From Armatimonadota bacterium (GTDB lineage Bacteria > Armatimonadota > SYMT01), in the NCBI GenBank assembly GCA_041690135.1, contig JAWLHY010000003.1, positions 1 to 64,000 of the forward strand: a stretch of DNA of 64,000 bases, given 5' to 3'. Shown in pieces: positions 50,594-61,037 of this stretch. Within the stretch, counting starts at the first letter, position 1, and each line of letters opens with the position of its first letter. Position numbers and translations under genes: made by a program. The notes beneath the pieces are model-generated. The model saw only the letters and a list, made by a program, of their open reading frames with translations. It was not told the DNA's origin and ran no database searches.

Positions 50594-51841
50594 ATGCATC
50601 GCCGAACCCTCCTTTCCTCTCTCCTCCTCGTGGGCCTCGCCGCATCGGCGGAAGCCGCCACCCAGGAAATCCGTTTTAAGGTCTCCGCCGGCAAGCACGA
50701 TCGAACCCACACCCCGGTGGTCGTGCCCGTTAAGGTCTCTTCCGGGGTCGCGGACGTCCAGGCGGCGACGCTCACGATCGGCAAGGGCAGCGTGCTGGCC
50801 GGACAGGTCACTCGCCCCGGCCTCCACTCGGACGCCACGGACCCGCTCGCCCGCGAGATCCACTTTCTCCTCCCGAAGTTGGCCGCGGGCGAGTCGCTGG
50901 AAGTCAAAGCGGTGCTCAAGTCCGGGCCGGCCGCTTCCGCCGCGGGCTTCGCGTGGGCCGATACCCGCGGCAAGCACATGGACCTTACCTGGGCCGGGCG
51001 GCCGGTGCTTCGGTATATGTACGAAGCGCTGGACGACAGCAGCAAGGAGCGACGGGAGCTGACCTACAAGCCGTTCCATCACCTCTTCGATCCCACCGGC
51101 AAGGTGCTGTTGACGAAGGGGGCGGGCGGGCAGTTCACCCACCACCGGGGCCTCTACTACGGCTTCAACAAGGTCACCTACCGGGTCGGCAAAACGGCCG
51201 ACGTGTGGCACTGTACCGGCGACGCACACCAGTCCCACCAGAAGTTTCTGTCGCAAGAGGCCGGACCGGTGCTGGGTCGCCACCGGGTGGAGATCCACTG
51301 GCACGGGCAGGGGAAAGAGGTCTTCGCCCGGGAAGAACGGGAGATGACCGTCTACAACGTTCCCGGCGGACACCTCGTGCAGTTCGCCAGCCGGCTGCAC
51401 AGCGCGGGTGGACCGGTCCACCTCGACGGGGACCCGCAGCACGCCGGGTTCCATTTCCGCGCCGATAACGAGGTCGCCGCCACGACCAAGGGGCAAACGT
51501 TCTACGTGCGTCCGGACGGCGTAGGCGCGCCGGGCCAGACCCGGAATTGGCCCGGCAACAAGGACCATGTGAACCTGCCGTGGAACGCCATGAGCTTTGT
51601 CCTCGGCGGGCAGCGTTACACCGCGGCCTATCTCGACCGGCCGCAGAACCCGAAGGAAGCCCGGTTCAGCGAGCGGGATTACGGGCGCTTCGGCTCCTAC
51701 TTCGTTTACGACCTGGACGACGAGAGGCCGCTCGACGTGCGCTACCGCCTCTGGCTGCAGCCCGGGGAGATGACCGTTCCGGCCGTCGCCGCTCGCAGTG
51801 CCGATTTCGTAGAGCCGGTCGGCGTGACCGTGCGGCGGTAG
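50594..51841 (+). CDS. DUF6807/PmoA-like exported protein
   Basis: KP.HHL..P.G..LT, HHRGL, GDPQHAG..FR, D.P.NP, ERDYGRFG. Confidence 0.8.
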   Translation: MHRRTLLSSLLLVGLAASAEAATQEIRFKVSAGKHDRTHTPVVVPVKVSSGVADVQAATLTIGKGSVLAGQVTRPGLHSDATDPLAREIHFLLPKLAAGESLEVKAVLKSGPAASAAGFAWADTRGKHMDLTWAGRPVLRYMYEALDDSSKERRELTYKPFHHLFDPTGKVLLTKGAGGQFTHHRGLYYGFNKVTYRVGKTADVWHCTGDAHQSHQKFLSQEAGPVLGRHRVEIHWHGQGKEVFAREEREMTVYNVPGGHLVQFASRLHSAGGPVHLDGDPQHAGFHFRADNEVAATTKGQTFYVRPDGVGAPGQTRNWPGNKDHVNLPWNAMSFVLGGQRYTAAYLDRPQNPKEARFSERDYGRFGSYFVYDLDDERPLDVRYRLWLQPGEMTVPAVAARSADFVEPVGVTVRR

Positions 51842-51847
51842 GGTGCG

Positions 51848-52966
51848 ATGATCCGACCGGCGGGACGCGGGGTCGTCCACGTCACCTCACAGTTTCCGCC
51901 GCACTCCAACGGGGGCCTGGGCACGCACGTCCAGGCTCTCTGCTGCGCCCTGGCTCCCCACGTCCCCGTCTCCGTCCTCGTTCCGGCCGAGCCGCGTTAT
52001 CCCAGCCTGCCGGGCGTGCGGTATTGGCTGCAGGCCGGTGATCCCCTCCAACCGTCGGCTGCCGAGGCCTGGGGGGAGACCCTCGTCCAGGCGGTCGCCG
52101 CGCTGCGCGGACCGAGCGGACGCCTGCCGATCATCCACGCCCATAACTACGAGGCCGCCCTGCCGGCGCTGCATGCCCGGTCCCGATCGGGTGCGCCGCT
52201 GGTCGTAACGCTGCATCTACCGGCGCCCGCAGACCTAGTCGAGCTGGAGCGGCAGCTTCTGGAGCAGGCCGACGCGGTGATTGCGGTGAGTCGCTCGCTG
52301 GCGGAGGATTACCGGAAGCGGGGCTGGAGAATTCCCGACCCGATCCCCGTTCCGAACGGCGTGGACCTCGCCACGTTCCATGGTGCTCCGACCGGACACA
52401 GCACGCGCCGCCACGGGCAACTACTTATTGCCGGCCGTCTCACGCCCCAGAAGGGGGTCGACCTCGCCATCCGGGCCCTGGCGCGCCTGCTGCCGGACTG
52501 TCCCAATCTGCATCTGCGCATCGCGGGCATCGGCCCCTGGGAGCGGGCCTATCGGAACCTGGCGCGCGAGTTGGGTGTTTCCGATCGCGTGAACTGGCTG
52601 GGTTTCCTCGGTCCGGAGGCGCTACGCCAGGAATACCAGCACTGCGGGATCCTGTTGATGCCCAGCCGGTTCGAACCGTTCGGCCTCTCCGCGCTGGAAG
52701 CGATGGCCTGCGGCGCGCCCGTGATCGCCTCCTGGGTGGGCGGGTTGCCGGAGTTCATCACCCCCGACCAGAGCGGCTTGTTGGTCCCTCCGTGCGATGT
52801 CCCGGCGCTGGCGGAGGCGATCCGCTATCTGGTGGCGTTTCCGGAAGAGGCCGCCTGGCTCGGCGCCGGCGCCATGACCGCGGCCCGTGCCCTTAGCTGG
52901 GAGCGAACCGCGCAGGGCACGCTAGAGGTCTACCGCAGCCTCCCGGACCTGGGGGAGGCCGCCTGA
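51848..52966 (+). CDS. Glycosyltransferase family 4
   Basis: GGLG.HV, IHAH, VPNGVD, GRL..QKG, EPFGLSALEA. Confidence 0.92.
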   Translation: MIRPAGRGVVHVTSQFPPHSNGGLGTHVQALCCALAPHVPVSVLVPAEPRYPSLPGVRYWLQAGDPLQPSAAEAWGETLVQAVAALRGPSGRLPIIHAHNYEAALPALHARSRSGAPLVVTLHLPAPADLVELERQLLEQADAVIAVSRSLAEDYRKRGWRIPDPIPVPNGVDLATFHGAPTGHSTRRHGQLLIAGRLTPQKGVDLAIRALARLLPDCPNLHLRIAGIGPWERAYRNLARELGVSDRVNWLGFLGPEALRQEYQHCGILLMPSRFEPFGLSALEAMACGAPVIASWVGGLPEFITPDQSGLLVPPCDVPALAEAIRYLVAFPEEAAWLGAGAMTAARALSWERTAQGTLEVYRSLPDLGEAA

Positions 52967-52968
52967 CC

Positions 52969-53529
52969 GTGGACGTCGATATCTTCCTCAACGACCCGAA
53001 CCCGCGGCTGGGCGCCACCCTGGAAGAGGTGCTGCGAGGCTATCCCGAGCTATTCCGAGTCCGCTGGCACCCGCGGTCGGAGCCGGAGCTTTATCAGCAG
53101 CTGTACCTCGCCTCGTACCCCCTGGACTTGTGCAGCGGACATCCGCTAGAAGCCGACGAGCCATGCGAGGCTACCGGTTACCTGATAGGCTACGGAGAAC
53201 CCGAACTGGCGATGCCCCCAGCCGTCGCCCTTTTCAACCGCCTTGCGCTGCTGGATGCGCCCGGTGGGGTGAAAGAGCTACGGGCCGGCGTGTGGACCGC
53301 CGCTTTCACGGAGCCCGAAACCCTGCGAGCCGGCTTCTACCGGGCTTTCCAGGATGCCCTCCGCGCCCTCACCGCCGCCGATCAGGCACTTCTCAGCCGC
53401 TGTCCGGACCTCTCCGATACCGACGCCGCGCATCAACTGGAAGTCACCATCGCAGCCCTCCGCCGCGCCCGCGAGGCCATCTGGGAACCCATCCGGGCCG
53501 GGAAGGAACAGGATGGACAGGATGGGTAG
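52969..53529 (+). CDS. Hypothetical protein, probably cotranscribed with the GT4 gene
   Basis: GGAGG RBS; GTG 2 nt after the GT4 stop. Confidence 0.6.
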   Translation: MDVDIFLNDPNPRLGATLEEVLRGYPELFRVRWHPRSEPELYQQLYLASYPLDLCSGHPLEADEPCEATGYLIGYGEPELAMPPAVALFNRLALLDAPGGVKELRAGVWTAAFTEPETLRAGFYRAFQDALRALTAADQALLSRCPDLSDTDAAHQLEVTIAALRRAREAIWEPIRAGKEQDGQDG

Positions 53530-53675
53530 GATGATTGGGATCACCTTACCGCAGGGATAAAGTTATGTTTGTAACGCAGAGTCGCCGCGAGGAGGGGTAG
53601 AGCCCCGCCGACTTCCCAGACACAGGCCGCCGCATGGTCGGAGCGCAACCACCTTGAGTCTGAACCTTGTGACCC

Positions 53676-53938
53676 GACGTGGCAGGCCCCCTGGTCAGGG
53701 CACCAGTCGTTGCGCGGTCCGGCAGGCCACTGGTCAGGGCACTCGTTCCGCTCCGAGGTCCTTATCTTAATCGTAATCCTGGTCTTAATCCTTCCCGGCT
53801 CCCTAGCCGGGGCAGGACAGCGGATTGGGACTCAGATTACGATAAGGATAGGGAGTCCCCATCCATGACAACCTCCCTGACCCGGGGGCTGGCGGTCCGT
53901 GTAAGCGCGACTTCCCTGACCAGGGGGCTGGCCACGTC
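53676..53938. repeat. Nested long inverted repeat
   Basis: Outer arms 53676-53700 / 53914-53938 (23/25), a second CTGGTCAGGG-type arm pair, and inner hexamer arms (TAATCS / GATTAC-type). Confidence 0.75.
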
Positions 53939-54094
53939 GCTGACGACTTCAGGTATGTCAGGCTGTTTGCTCCGGTGGAAGGTTCATCAGATTCGGGGAA
54001 GTTGCTGCGGGTCTATCGCTCCTCGCCATGACGATCAGAATCATGGACTGAACACCCGAACACCCGAATACCCGACCACCCCAACTACCCCAAT

Positions 54095-54868
54095 TCAAAA
54101 GCAGTTGAACTCGGTGCAGAATTCCTGGACCACGTCGGCGAGGCCGTCGTTGAGATAGGTCCAAACCCGGTCCGCGATGGAGGCGGGCACCCCGCCGTAG
54201 AGCGCCTGGGCCATCCCTCCCGTAATGCAGGCCAGGGTATCGCTGTCGCCGCCGAGGGAGATCGCTTTCCGCACGGCATCCTCGTAGTTTTCCGACTCCA
54301 GTAGCGCGAGGATCGCCGGCGGCACCGTCCCCTGGCAGGAGATGTCGAACCGGTAACCGGGCCGGATCTCGTCCAGGGTGGTCCCCAGGTTGTAGCGGAA
54401 CGTATCGGCGACGTAGGTGCGGATCGCCTCGCGGGAGTGCCCCGTGCGGGCCAGGTAGATGACCGCCGCCGTCGCCTGCGCGCCCTTGATCCCCTCCGGG
54501 TGGTTGTGCGTGGCCGCCGCGCTCCGCTCCGCCTCCGCCAGCACTTGTTCCAGCGAATCGAAGGCAAACCCCACCGGGCTGACCCGCATCGCGGAGCCGT
54601 TTCCCCAACTGTTGTAGGGCTCCCGCGTGTTTGATCGAGACCACCGGATAAACGTGCCGCCGTACCCCGCGTTCGGGTACTCGCGGGCGTACTGCTTCAG
54701 GTTGTCCACCCAGTCGTCCCCTGTCAGCAGGGTGTCCGCGAGAGCCACGGTGAGGACGGTGTCGTCTGTAAACCGACATTCGGAATGGAACAGTGGGAAA
54801 TCCGTCCGCTTGATCGGCCGGGTCTCGTAGACCGACCCGATGATATCCCCGGCAATCGCACCCAGCAT
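54095..54868 (-). CDS. ADP-ribosylglycohydrolase family protein
   Basis: GAIAGD, TDD, GNGSAMR, TH, GGDSDT. Confidence 0.93.
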   Translation of the reverse strand: MLGAIAGDIIGSVYETRPIKRTDFPLFHSECRFTDDTVLTVALADTLLTGDDWVDNLKQYAREYPNAGYGGTFIRWSRSNTREPYNSWGNGSAMRVSPVGFAFDSLEQVLAEAERSAAATHNHPEGIKGAQATAAVIYLARTGHSREAIRTYVADTFRYNLGTTLDEIRPGYRFDISCQGTVPPAILALLESENYEDAVRKAISLGGDSDTLACITGGMAQALYGGVPASIADRVWTYLNDGLADVVQEFCTEFNCF

Positions 54869-54981
54869 TGAGAACTCCTATTGCGTATTGCGTATGCGAC
54901 GTATCAGGATCGGGAGGGGAGCAAACGGAGTCGCCCGCGGGCGTGTACCCTTCGGAGCCCCACTCCCTTCGGAGAAAATGC

Positions 54982-55398
54982 ATGACTGTTGAACCCATGA
55001 TCGCCGTTTCCGACGTCGAGCGCAGCTCGGCGTGGTACTGCCGCCTCCTCGGCTGCGTCAGCACGCACGGAGGGCCCTACTTCGACCGGCTCACCTCCCC
55101 CGCGGGAGAGGTGGTAATACTGCTCCATCATTGGGACGCGGAAGAGCATCCCGCCATGGCTGGCGGTCGCGAGACGGGGGTGGTCCCCGGCCTCGAGCTG
55201 TACTTCCGCGTTGGCTCGTTGGAGGAGCTGCACGCCATCCACCAGCGCGCCGTCGAGTTGGAAGCGACCGTGCTCGCCGAGCCCGCCTTCCGCGAGATCT
55301 CCCACCAGCATGAAGTTCGGATCCAGGACCCGGATGGTTACGTCCTGACCCCCTGCTGGGCGCCCAGCGAGGAGATTTTCGCGGGTGCGGCCCAATAG
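54982..55398 (+). CDS. VOC/glyoxalase family protein
   Basis: V.DVERS..WY..LLG, LYF, DPDGY; GGAG RBS. Confidence 0.85.
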   Translation: MTVEPMIAVSDVERSSAWYCRLLGCVSTHGGPYFDRLTSPAGEVVILLHHWDAEEHPAMAGGRETGVVPGLELYFRVGSLEELHAIHQRAVELEATVLAEPAFREISHQHEVRIQDPDGYVLTPCWAPSEEIFAGAAQ

Positions 55399-55431
55399 GG
55401 TAGGGTTGCTTTCCGGAAAGGATCTCCCGCC

Positions 55432-56739
55432 ATGGACCGCCGAACTCTCCTGACCGCCGGGGCCGCCCTGCTGTGCGGCCGTCCCGCGCCTGCCGCGGAA
55501 CCTTCCGGCGAGGACTGGCCCCAATACCGCGGACGGAACCGCGACGGCTTCTGGCGGGAAACCGGTATTCTGGAACGGTTCTCCGGGGCGGAGTTGCAGC
55601 CGAAATGGCGGGCGCCGCTCTCCAACGGTTACTCCAGCCCCACGGTGGCCGCAGGTCGCGTGTACGTCAGCGATCTCGTCCTGGAGCCGCAGCCATCGGA
55701 ACGGGTCCACTGTTTCGACTGGCAGACGGGACGCTCCCTCTGGTCTCACAGCTACCCCTGCAATCACCGAGCGGTCGCCTTTCCCAATGGGCCCCGCGCG
55801 GCCGTAACGGTCCACCAGGGTCGCGCCTATTCCCTGGGGGCGGTGGGCCACCTCCACTGCTTCGACGCCGCGACCGGCAAGTTGCATTGGTCGCATGACT
55901 CCGAGAAGGAGTTCGAGGCCCGGATCCCCACCTTCGGCATCTCGTCGGACCCGTTCATCGACGGCGATCGGGTGATCGTCCAGATCGGCGGCAGCAAGGG
56001 CGCGTGCGTGGTCGCCTTCGACCGGAACACCGGTGAGGAGCGGTGGCGCAGCCTGAACGACCAGGCCGGCTACGGAGCTCCTGTTGTTGTGAACCATGCG
56101 GGCAAACGGGTCCTGGTGGTCTGGACCGGAGAGCGCCTGGCGGGCCTCGAAGCGGCGACGGGAGCACCGCTCTGGGAGTATCCGCTGCGCTCCCCGGGTG
56201 AGATCGACGCGATCATCAGCCCGATGGTCCAGGGTGACCGGCTGTTCATCTCCTGCTGGTTCGGCGGCGCGCACATGCTGCGACTCTTGCCGGACCGCCC
56301 CTCCATCGAGAAGATCTGGGTCCGCAAGGGGCAGGGCGAGCGCAGCACGGACGCCATCCACGCGCTGTTCACCGCACCCCTATGGCTGAGCGACCACCTG
56401 TACGGTGTCGACACCTTCGGCGAGCTGCGCTGCCTGGACGCCCGCACCGGAGACCGCGTCTGGTCGACCCAGGAAGCCGTGCCCCGCGGCCGGAACGCGG
56501 GGGCGCACCTGGTGCGGCAGGGGGACCGCGTCTGGATCTTCAACGAGAAAGGCGAGCTGATCATCGCCCGACTCTCGCCCCAGGGTTACCAGGAGCTCTC
56601 GCGCGCCGCCCTGATCCGGCCCACCCGCGGCCAGTTCAACCAGCGGGGCGGGGTAGCCTGGTCCCACCCCGCCTTCGCCTACCGGCACGTCTTCGCCCGC
56701 AACGACGAAGAGCTCCTCTGTACCAGCCTTCAGGGATAA
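55432..56739 (+). CDS. PQQ-like beta-propeller repeat protein (BamB-like)
   Basis: DWPQYRG.NRDG, GYSSP.V, TG..LW repeats, WSHPA. Confidence 0.88.
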   Translation: MDRRTLLTAGAALLCGRPAPAAEPSGEDWPQYRGRNRDGFWRETGILERFSGAELQPKWRAPLSNGYSSPTVAAGRVYVSDLVLEPQPSERVHCFDWQTGRSLWSHSYPCNHRAVAFPNGPRAAVTVHQGRAYSLGAVGHLHCFDAATGKLHWSHDSEKEFEARIPTFGISSDPFIDGDRVIVQIGGSKGACVVAFDRNTGEERWRSLNDQAGYGAPVVVNHAGKRVLVVWTGERLAGLEAATGAPLWEYPLRSPGEIDAIISPMVQGDRLFISCWFGGAHMLRLLPDRPSIEKIWVRKGQGERSTDAIHALFTAPLWLSDHLYGVDTFGELRCLDARTGDRVWSTQEAVPRGRNAGAHLVRQGDRVWIFNEKGELIIARLSPQGYQELSRAALIRPTRGQFNQRGGVAWSHPAFAYRHVFARNDEELLCTSLQG

Positions 56740-56986
56740 TGACGGAAGCGGGTTGCCAGAGGAGCCGGCGTAGGTTTACGCCCGGGTACCCATGGAGTGG
56801 GTGTGGGTGCCGGCTTCGCAGGCTGAGATGGCTATAATCCAGGCACTTCCACGATTGGCAACCTTCTTGATCGTGACAACAACCCCTACTCTACGGAGGT
56901 GGAATGCCCGAAGAGCCGGCTTAGGCCGGCTTCGCTGTTTGTAGCCGCGAGTTTACTCGCCCACCCGGAACCTTCCCGCGGCATCC

Positions 56987-58447
56987 TTATCCCCGCTTCA
57001 CCTCCAGCACGATCACCGAAACGGCGGGGTCCGGGCCCTGGGAGGGGACCATCACCACGCTCCCGCTGCCGGACTGGCTCACCTGGAGCTTCGTGCCCTT
57101 ATCCGCCAGGAGGTAGGCGCGCTTGACTTCCTGTGCCAGGGGCGGGACCGCGAGCTTGCCGTCCTTCGGCCAGTCGAAGACGTGGAGGTAGATCTTGCCC
57201 GGGCGGGTGGTGGCGCGGCCCCACGGGAGCTGCTTTTCGAACGGGCTGGCCTGGGTACCGTAAACCGCGTCCCCGTTCACCTTCGTCCACCGACCCACAT
57301 CCGCCAGGCGCTCCACGCTGGGACCGGGGATCAGCCCCTCGGAGGTCGGCCCCACGTTCAGCAGGAAGTTGCCGCCCTTGCTGGCGATGTCGGAGAGCTT
57401 CCGGATCAGGTCGGCGGAGGTCTTCCAGTTCTGGTCGAACGACTTGTAGCCCCAGGTGTCGTTCATCGTCATGCAGGCTTCCCAGTCCACGCCGGGGAGC
57501 CCCGTCGGCGGGATCTGCTGCTCGGGCGTGCCGAAGTCGCCGGCGTAGCCCTCGCCCTTGTTCAGGCCTTCCATCCCCTTGCGTCCCTTGCCGATCCGGT
57601 TGTTGATGATCAGCTTCGGGTTCAGGGTGCGCAGGTAGTTGTACAGCGCCTTCCCGTCCGGCTCCGTCCACCAGCCGACCCACTCCCCGTCGAACCAGAG
57701 CACGGCCGGGTCCAGCTCCTCCACGATCTCGCGGAGCTGGGTCTTCATGTAGGTGACGTACTCTTCCTTACGCCCGTCCTTCATCGCGTTCGAGGCGAGC
57801 GACTGGTGCGGGGTCTTCCCCATGGGGTTGGGCATCTGCGACGGGTGGTGCCAGTCGAGGATCGAGTAGTAGGTGCAGAACTTGAGCCCCTGCTTCTTGC
57901 ACTCCCGGCTCAGCGCCTTGAGGACGTCCTTCTTGTAGGGCGTTCCGTCCACGATGTCCCAATCCGTGACCTTGCTGTCGAACAGGCAGAAGCCGTCGTG
58001 GTGCTTGGAGGTGATCACGAGGTACTTCATGCCGGCGTTCTTCGCGGTCCGCACCCACTCCGCCGCGTCGAACTTCACCGGGTTGAACTGCGGGGGGTAC
58101 TTCCGGTACTCCTCGGGCGGGATGTTCGCCGAGGCCTGGATCCATTCCCCGATGCCGTCGATCCGCTTGCCCTGGTAGGTCCCGGCGGGCACGGAGTAGA
58201 CGCCCCAGTGGATGAACATCCCGAAGCGGGCGTCGCGCCACCACTTCATTCGAGAATCGCGCTGCGGCTTCGCTTCACTCAAGAAGTCCCTCGGCTGCAG
58301 GTCCTCGGCGAAGAGCGCCGGGAGCGACGACCCGCCCGCGGCGAAGGCGAGCGAGGTGCCGAGAACGGTCCGTCGGGATAGGCGGGTTCCATTCTGGGAA
58401 GAACCGGGTGCGGAAGGGTGGTGGTCGTTGGGCATGGCGGTCTCCAT
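56987..58447 (-). CDS. Alpha-L-fucosidase (GH29), Tat-exported
   Basis: SRRTVL, ARFGMFIHWG, KHHDGF, LWFDGEW, GGNFLLNVGP. Confidence 0.95.
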   Translation of the reverse strand: METAMPNDHHPSAPGSSQNGTRLSRRTVLGTSLAFAAGGSSLPALFAEDLQPRDFLSEAKPQRDSRMKWWRDARFGMFIHWGVYSVPAGTYQGKRIDGIGEWIQASANIPPEEYRKYPPQFNPVKFDAAEWVRTAKNAGMKYLVITSKHHDGFCLFDSKVTDWDIVDGTPYKKDVLKALSRECKKQGLKFCTYYSILDWHHPSQMPNPMGKTPHQSLASNAMKDGRKEEYVTYMKTQLREIVEELDPAVLWFDGEWVGWWTEPDGKALYNYLRTLNPKLIINNRIGKGRKGMEGLNKGEGYAGDFGTPEQQIPPTGLPGVDWEACMTMNDTWGYKSFDQNWKTSADLIRKLSDIASKGGNFLLNVGPTSEGLIPGPSVERLADVGRWTKVNGDAVYGTQASPFEKQLPWGRATTRPGKIYLHVFDWPKDGKLAVPPLAQEVKRAYLLADKGTKLQVSQSGSGSVVMVPSQGPDPAVSVIVLEVKRG

Positions 58448-58694
58448 TGAGCCAGGCGAAACGGGTGCGGAATCCGGCCCCGGAGACGGGCACCGGAATC
58501 CTCTGGGTACGTATACGTTGTCCCTGTGGAACGCGGCACCCTGCGTGGAAGCGGAGTGCTACCGTACAGATTGCCCGTGCCTGCTCCGGAGTTTCGTGAC
58601 CCAACCGGCACCGGGTGGCTGCCCTTCCCATCGAACCTGGGTATAAATAATCAAATGACTGTTTGATTTACGGAGTGCGGAATGGGGAGAACGG

Positions 58695-58889
58695 ATGCAG
58701 ACCTGGCGGAACACGGAAGAAGAAGCGGAGTTGAAGCGGGAAGCCGGCTACGACGCGTGGCTGTTGCAGTTCGAGTACGTTGCCTGGCGTCGCGGCCAGG
58801 GGCTGGAGCCGGATCGGACGCGCCTGAACCTCTGGGAACTGGCCATGGACAGGATCGGTGAGGACCTGGAGGGTAACCCAGGTAAATAA
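58695..58889 (+). CDS. Small hypothetical protein (64 aa)
   Basis: GGGGAG RBS, AT-rich upstream region, fills the gap up to the convergent PPTase gene. Confidence 0.55.
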   Translation: MQTWRNTEEEAELKREAGYDAWLLQFEYVAWRRGQGLEPDRTRLNLWELAMDRIGEDLEGNPGK

Positions 58890-58891
58890 TC

Positions 58892-59638
58892 CTAACGGGT
58901 CTCGGCCCATTCCCAGCAGCGCACGGTCACTACATTGCCTTCGGTCACCAGCGCTCCCGCGTAGCCGGGGCCGGGGTCGAGCGACCAGAGCCGCCACCGA
59001 TGCAGGGCTTCCGGATCGTGGCGCGCACCCAGCAGCGCCGCCGGTTGGTCCGGGTGGAGCGACACGTCAAACTCGTCCAGGGGCAGCGCCAACCCCGTTC
59101 CGAGCGCCTTGATGTACGCTTCTTTCCGGGACCAGCAGAGGAAGAAGGCCGTCCGCCGCGCCTCCGCGGGCAGCGCGAACAGCGCCTCCACCTCGGCCGG
59201 GGAGAAGAACCGGTGGGCGATCTTCTCGCACTCCACCTCCGGGCGGAACCGCTCCACGTCCACCCCCACCTCCCCACCCCACGTCACCGCATAGAGCGCC
59301 AGCCCCCCCGAGTGCGACATATTGAACCGGATCCCCGCCGCCGCGCCCGCTCCGGCAAGAGACGGCTTGCCGTGGGGACCGTACTCGAACCGCAGGTCGC
59401 GCGGCGCCGCACCGGTGTACCGCGCCAGGATCTCCCGCAGGAACCCCCGCCCGGCGATGAAGTGCCCGCGGTGTTTCGGAAACCGAAAGCGGTCCGCCCG
59501 TTCCCGTTCGTCCGGTGAGAGCCACTCGTAGTAGCGGGACAGATAAGCCCCGGGCAGCGCTAGGGATGCACGCCAGACGTGCACCTCATCCGCACTGAGT
59601 TCCGGAGTCGTGGAAGGAGTCACCCAGGGCTTCTGCAT
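58892..59638 (-). CDS. 4'-phosphopantetheinyl transferase (Sfp/HetI type)
   Basis: GKP, FNMSHS, VGVDVE, WSRKEAYIKA.G.GL. Confidence 0.95.
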   Translation of the reverse strand: MQKPWVTPSTTPELSADEVHVWRASLALPGAYLSRYYEWLSPDERERADRFRFPKHRGHFIAGRGFLREILARYTGAAPRDLRFEYGPHGKPSLAGAGAAAGIRFNMSHSGGLALYAVTWGGEVGVDVERFRPEVECEKIAHRFFSPAEVEALFALPAEARRTAFFLCWSRKEAYIKALGTGLALPLDEFDVSLHPDQPAALLGARHDPEALHRWRLWSLDPGPGYAGALVTEGNVVTVRCWEWAETR

Positions 59639-59641
59639 GGC

Positions 59642-60235
59642 TTATCGGTCACCACTCCTTGAATGCCTCCCGTTAGGAGGTGCGGGAGGCACCGGCACTA
59701 CCAGGCGCTGTGTGGAAAGTGGGTAAACCTCGATATCCTCCGACCGCCGGATCGCGCCGGGCCACGATGCCGGCATCCAGTCCCTCCGGCCCCGCGGCAA
59801 TTGGGTGCATCCCTCCACCTTCAGACAAAGCGATCCGGAAGACGGCTGTCCAGTCCGAAGAGAGACGGTGACCTCTCCCGACCGTACCGCCTTCCCTTCG
59901 AGCAGACTCTGGACAGGGCTGATCCACGCATGCGAGCTACCCAACCGGCTCCACTCCACCCGGAGGCCGTGCGGACCGGACATCAGTCCCCCGTCCGCGC
60001 GGCGCAGCCGGAACTTCACCTCAAGCGACCTGGACCGGCCAGGCAGCCAGCGGGTCGCCACAATTTCGATAGTATCCGGCCGGTGTCGGGCGCGCCGCGC
60101 CGCTTCCGCACGCCGGACGCCCAGGACGGTCGCCACTCCGAGGATCACTCCGCTCACCAACAGGACGATCCCGGCCACTCTCCAACAACGCACGGTGGCC
60201 GGACTCCAGCTATCGATTCGAATCTCATCAGTCAT
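59642..60235 (-). CDS. Hypothetical membrane-anchored protein
   Basis: Single TM segment after ATG 60235; ends 3 nt before the PPTase start. Confidence 0.5.
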   Translation of the reverse strand: MTDEIRIDSWSPATVRCWRVAGIVLLVSGVILGVATVLGVRRAEAARRARHRPDTIEIVATRWLPGRSRSLEVKFRLRRADGGLMSGPHGLRVEWSRLGSSHAWISPVQSLLEGKAVRSGEVTVSLRTGQPSSGSLCLKVEGCTQLPRGRRDWMPASWPGAIRRSEDIEVYPLSTQRLVVPVPPAPPNGRHSRSGDR

Positions 60236-60458
60236 CTCTGCAGTCAGGACGGTTGCGGGCGCTCTCGAGTTATCTTCGCACGCTCGGCGGCAACACGCCA
60301 GCCCGCCTGCGGATCCTCGCACGGTTGATATCAATGGGGCCCTCGAGGAAACCGCCACCGCATAGGAAACTCCGATATGACGGAACGAGAACACCGCGAT
60401 AGGGTACCTTGGAGAGGTGGGAAGTCGCCTTTCTCTCCAGGCGAGGGAAGCACGGATA

Positions 60459-61037
60459 GTGGCAGTGGCGTGCGGAAACAGCGGAGCGACGTGCGACCAG
60501 TGCGGCGCGGCGGTTTGCGGAAGGCAGGCGGTGATGAGCCGGATCCTGGGTGGAAAGGAACGCCGGCTGTGCCTCCCCTGCCTGAGCGGCTCGCTGGATA
60601 CGCCGCCCGACCGCCTGTGCGAGTTGGTGGGCAACTACCTGGCGCGGCGGGACTGCTATCGACGGGACTGGCGCCGCGCTTCGGTGTGCGACCGGGACGG
60701 GCAGGCTCCCTGCTGCCCCAGTCGGCTGGAGAATGCGCCCGACCCGCCCGCGTGGTTCCGGCCGGAACTGTTCGAGCGGACGGACCTGGACGATTTGCCC
60801 GACCCGGACCTGGTGGTCGACGCCGAGGAAGCCGGCTGCGGGGACCTGATGGTGCTCTTGATGCGCTCCATCCGGAAGCTTGCACCGGGGCAGGTCCTCT
60901 CGATCACCGCCCGCGACCCGGGCGCCGAAGCCGACATCCCGAGCTGGAGCCGCCTCACGGGACACGCCCTGCTGGCCGGCCCCACCGGTGAAGATGAAGC
61001 CACGTACTACATCCAGAAGAAGCAGGAGGGCGGATAA
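60459..61037 (+). CDS. Cys-rich domain fused to a TusA/SirA-like sulfur-carrier domain
   Basis: CDQC..C..CLPC..C..C..C..CC, then VDA...CGDL...I..L.PGQVL....DPGA..DIP.W....GH; start uncertain (60417 or 60459). Confidence 0.8.
   Translation: MAVACGNSGATCDQCGAAVCGRQAVMSRILGGKERRLCLPCLSGSLDTPPDRLCELVGNYLARRDCYRRDWRRASVCDRDGQAPCCPSRLENAPDPPAWFRPELFERTDLDDLPDPDLVVDAEEAGCGDLMVLLMRSIRKLAPGQVLSITARDPGAEADIPSWSRLTGHALLAGPTGEDEATYYIQKKQEGG

Noticed and set aside
58892-59638. PPTase as marker of an NRPS/PKS cluster
   Set aside because: No carrier-protein, adenylation or ketosynthase genes in the window.
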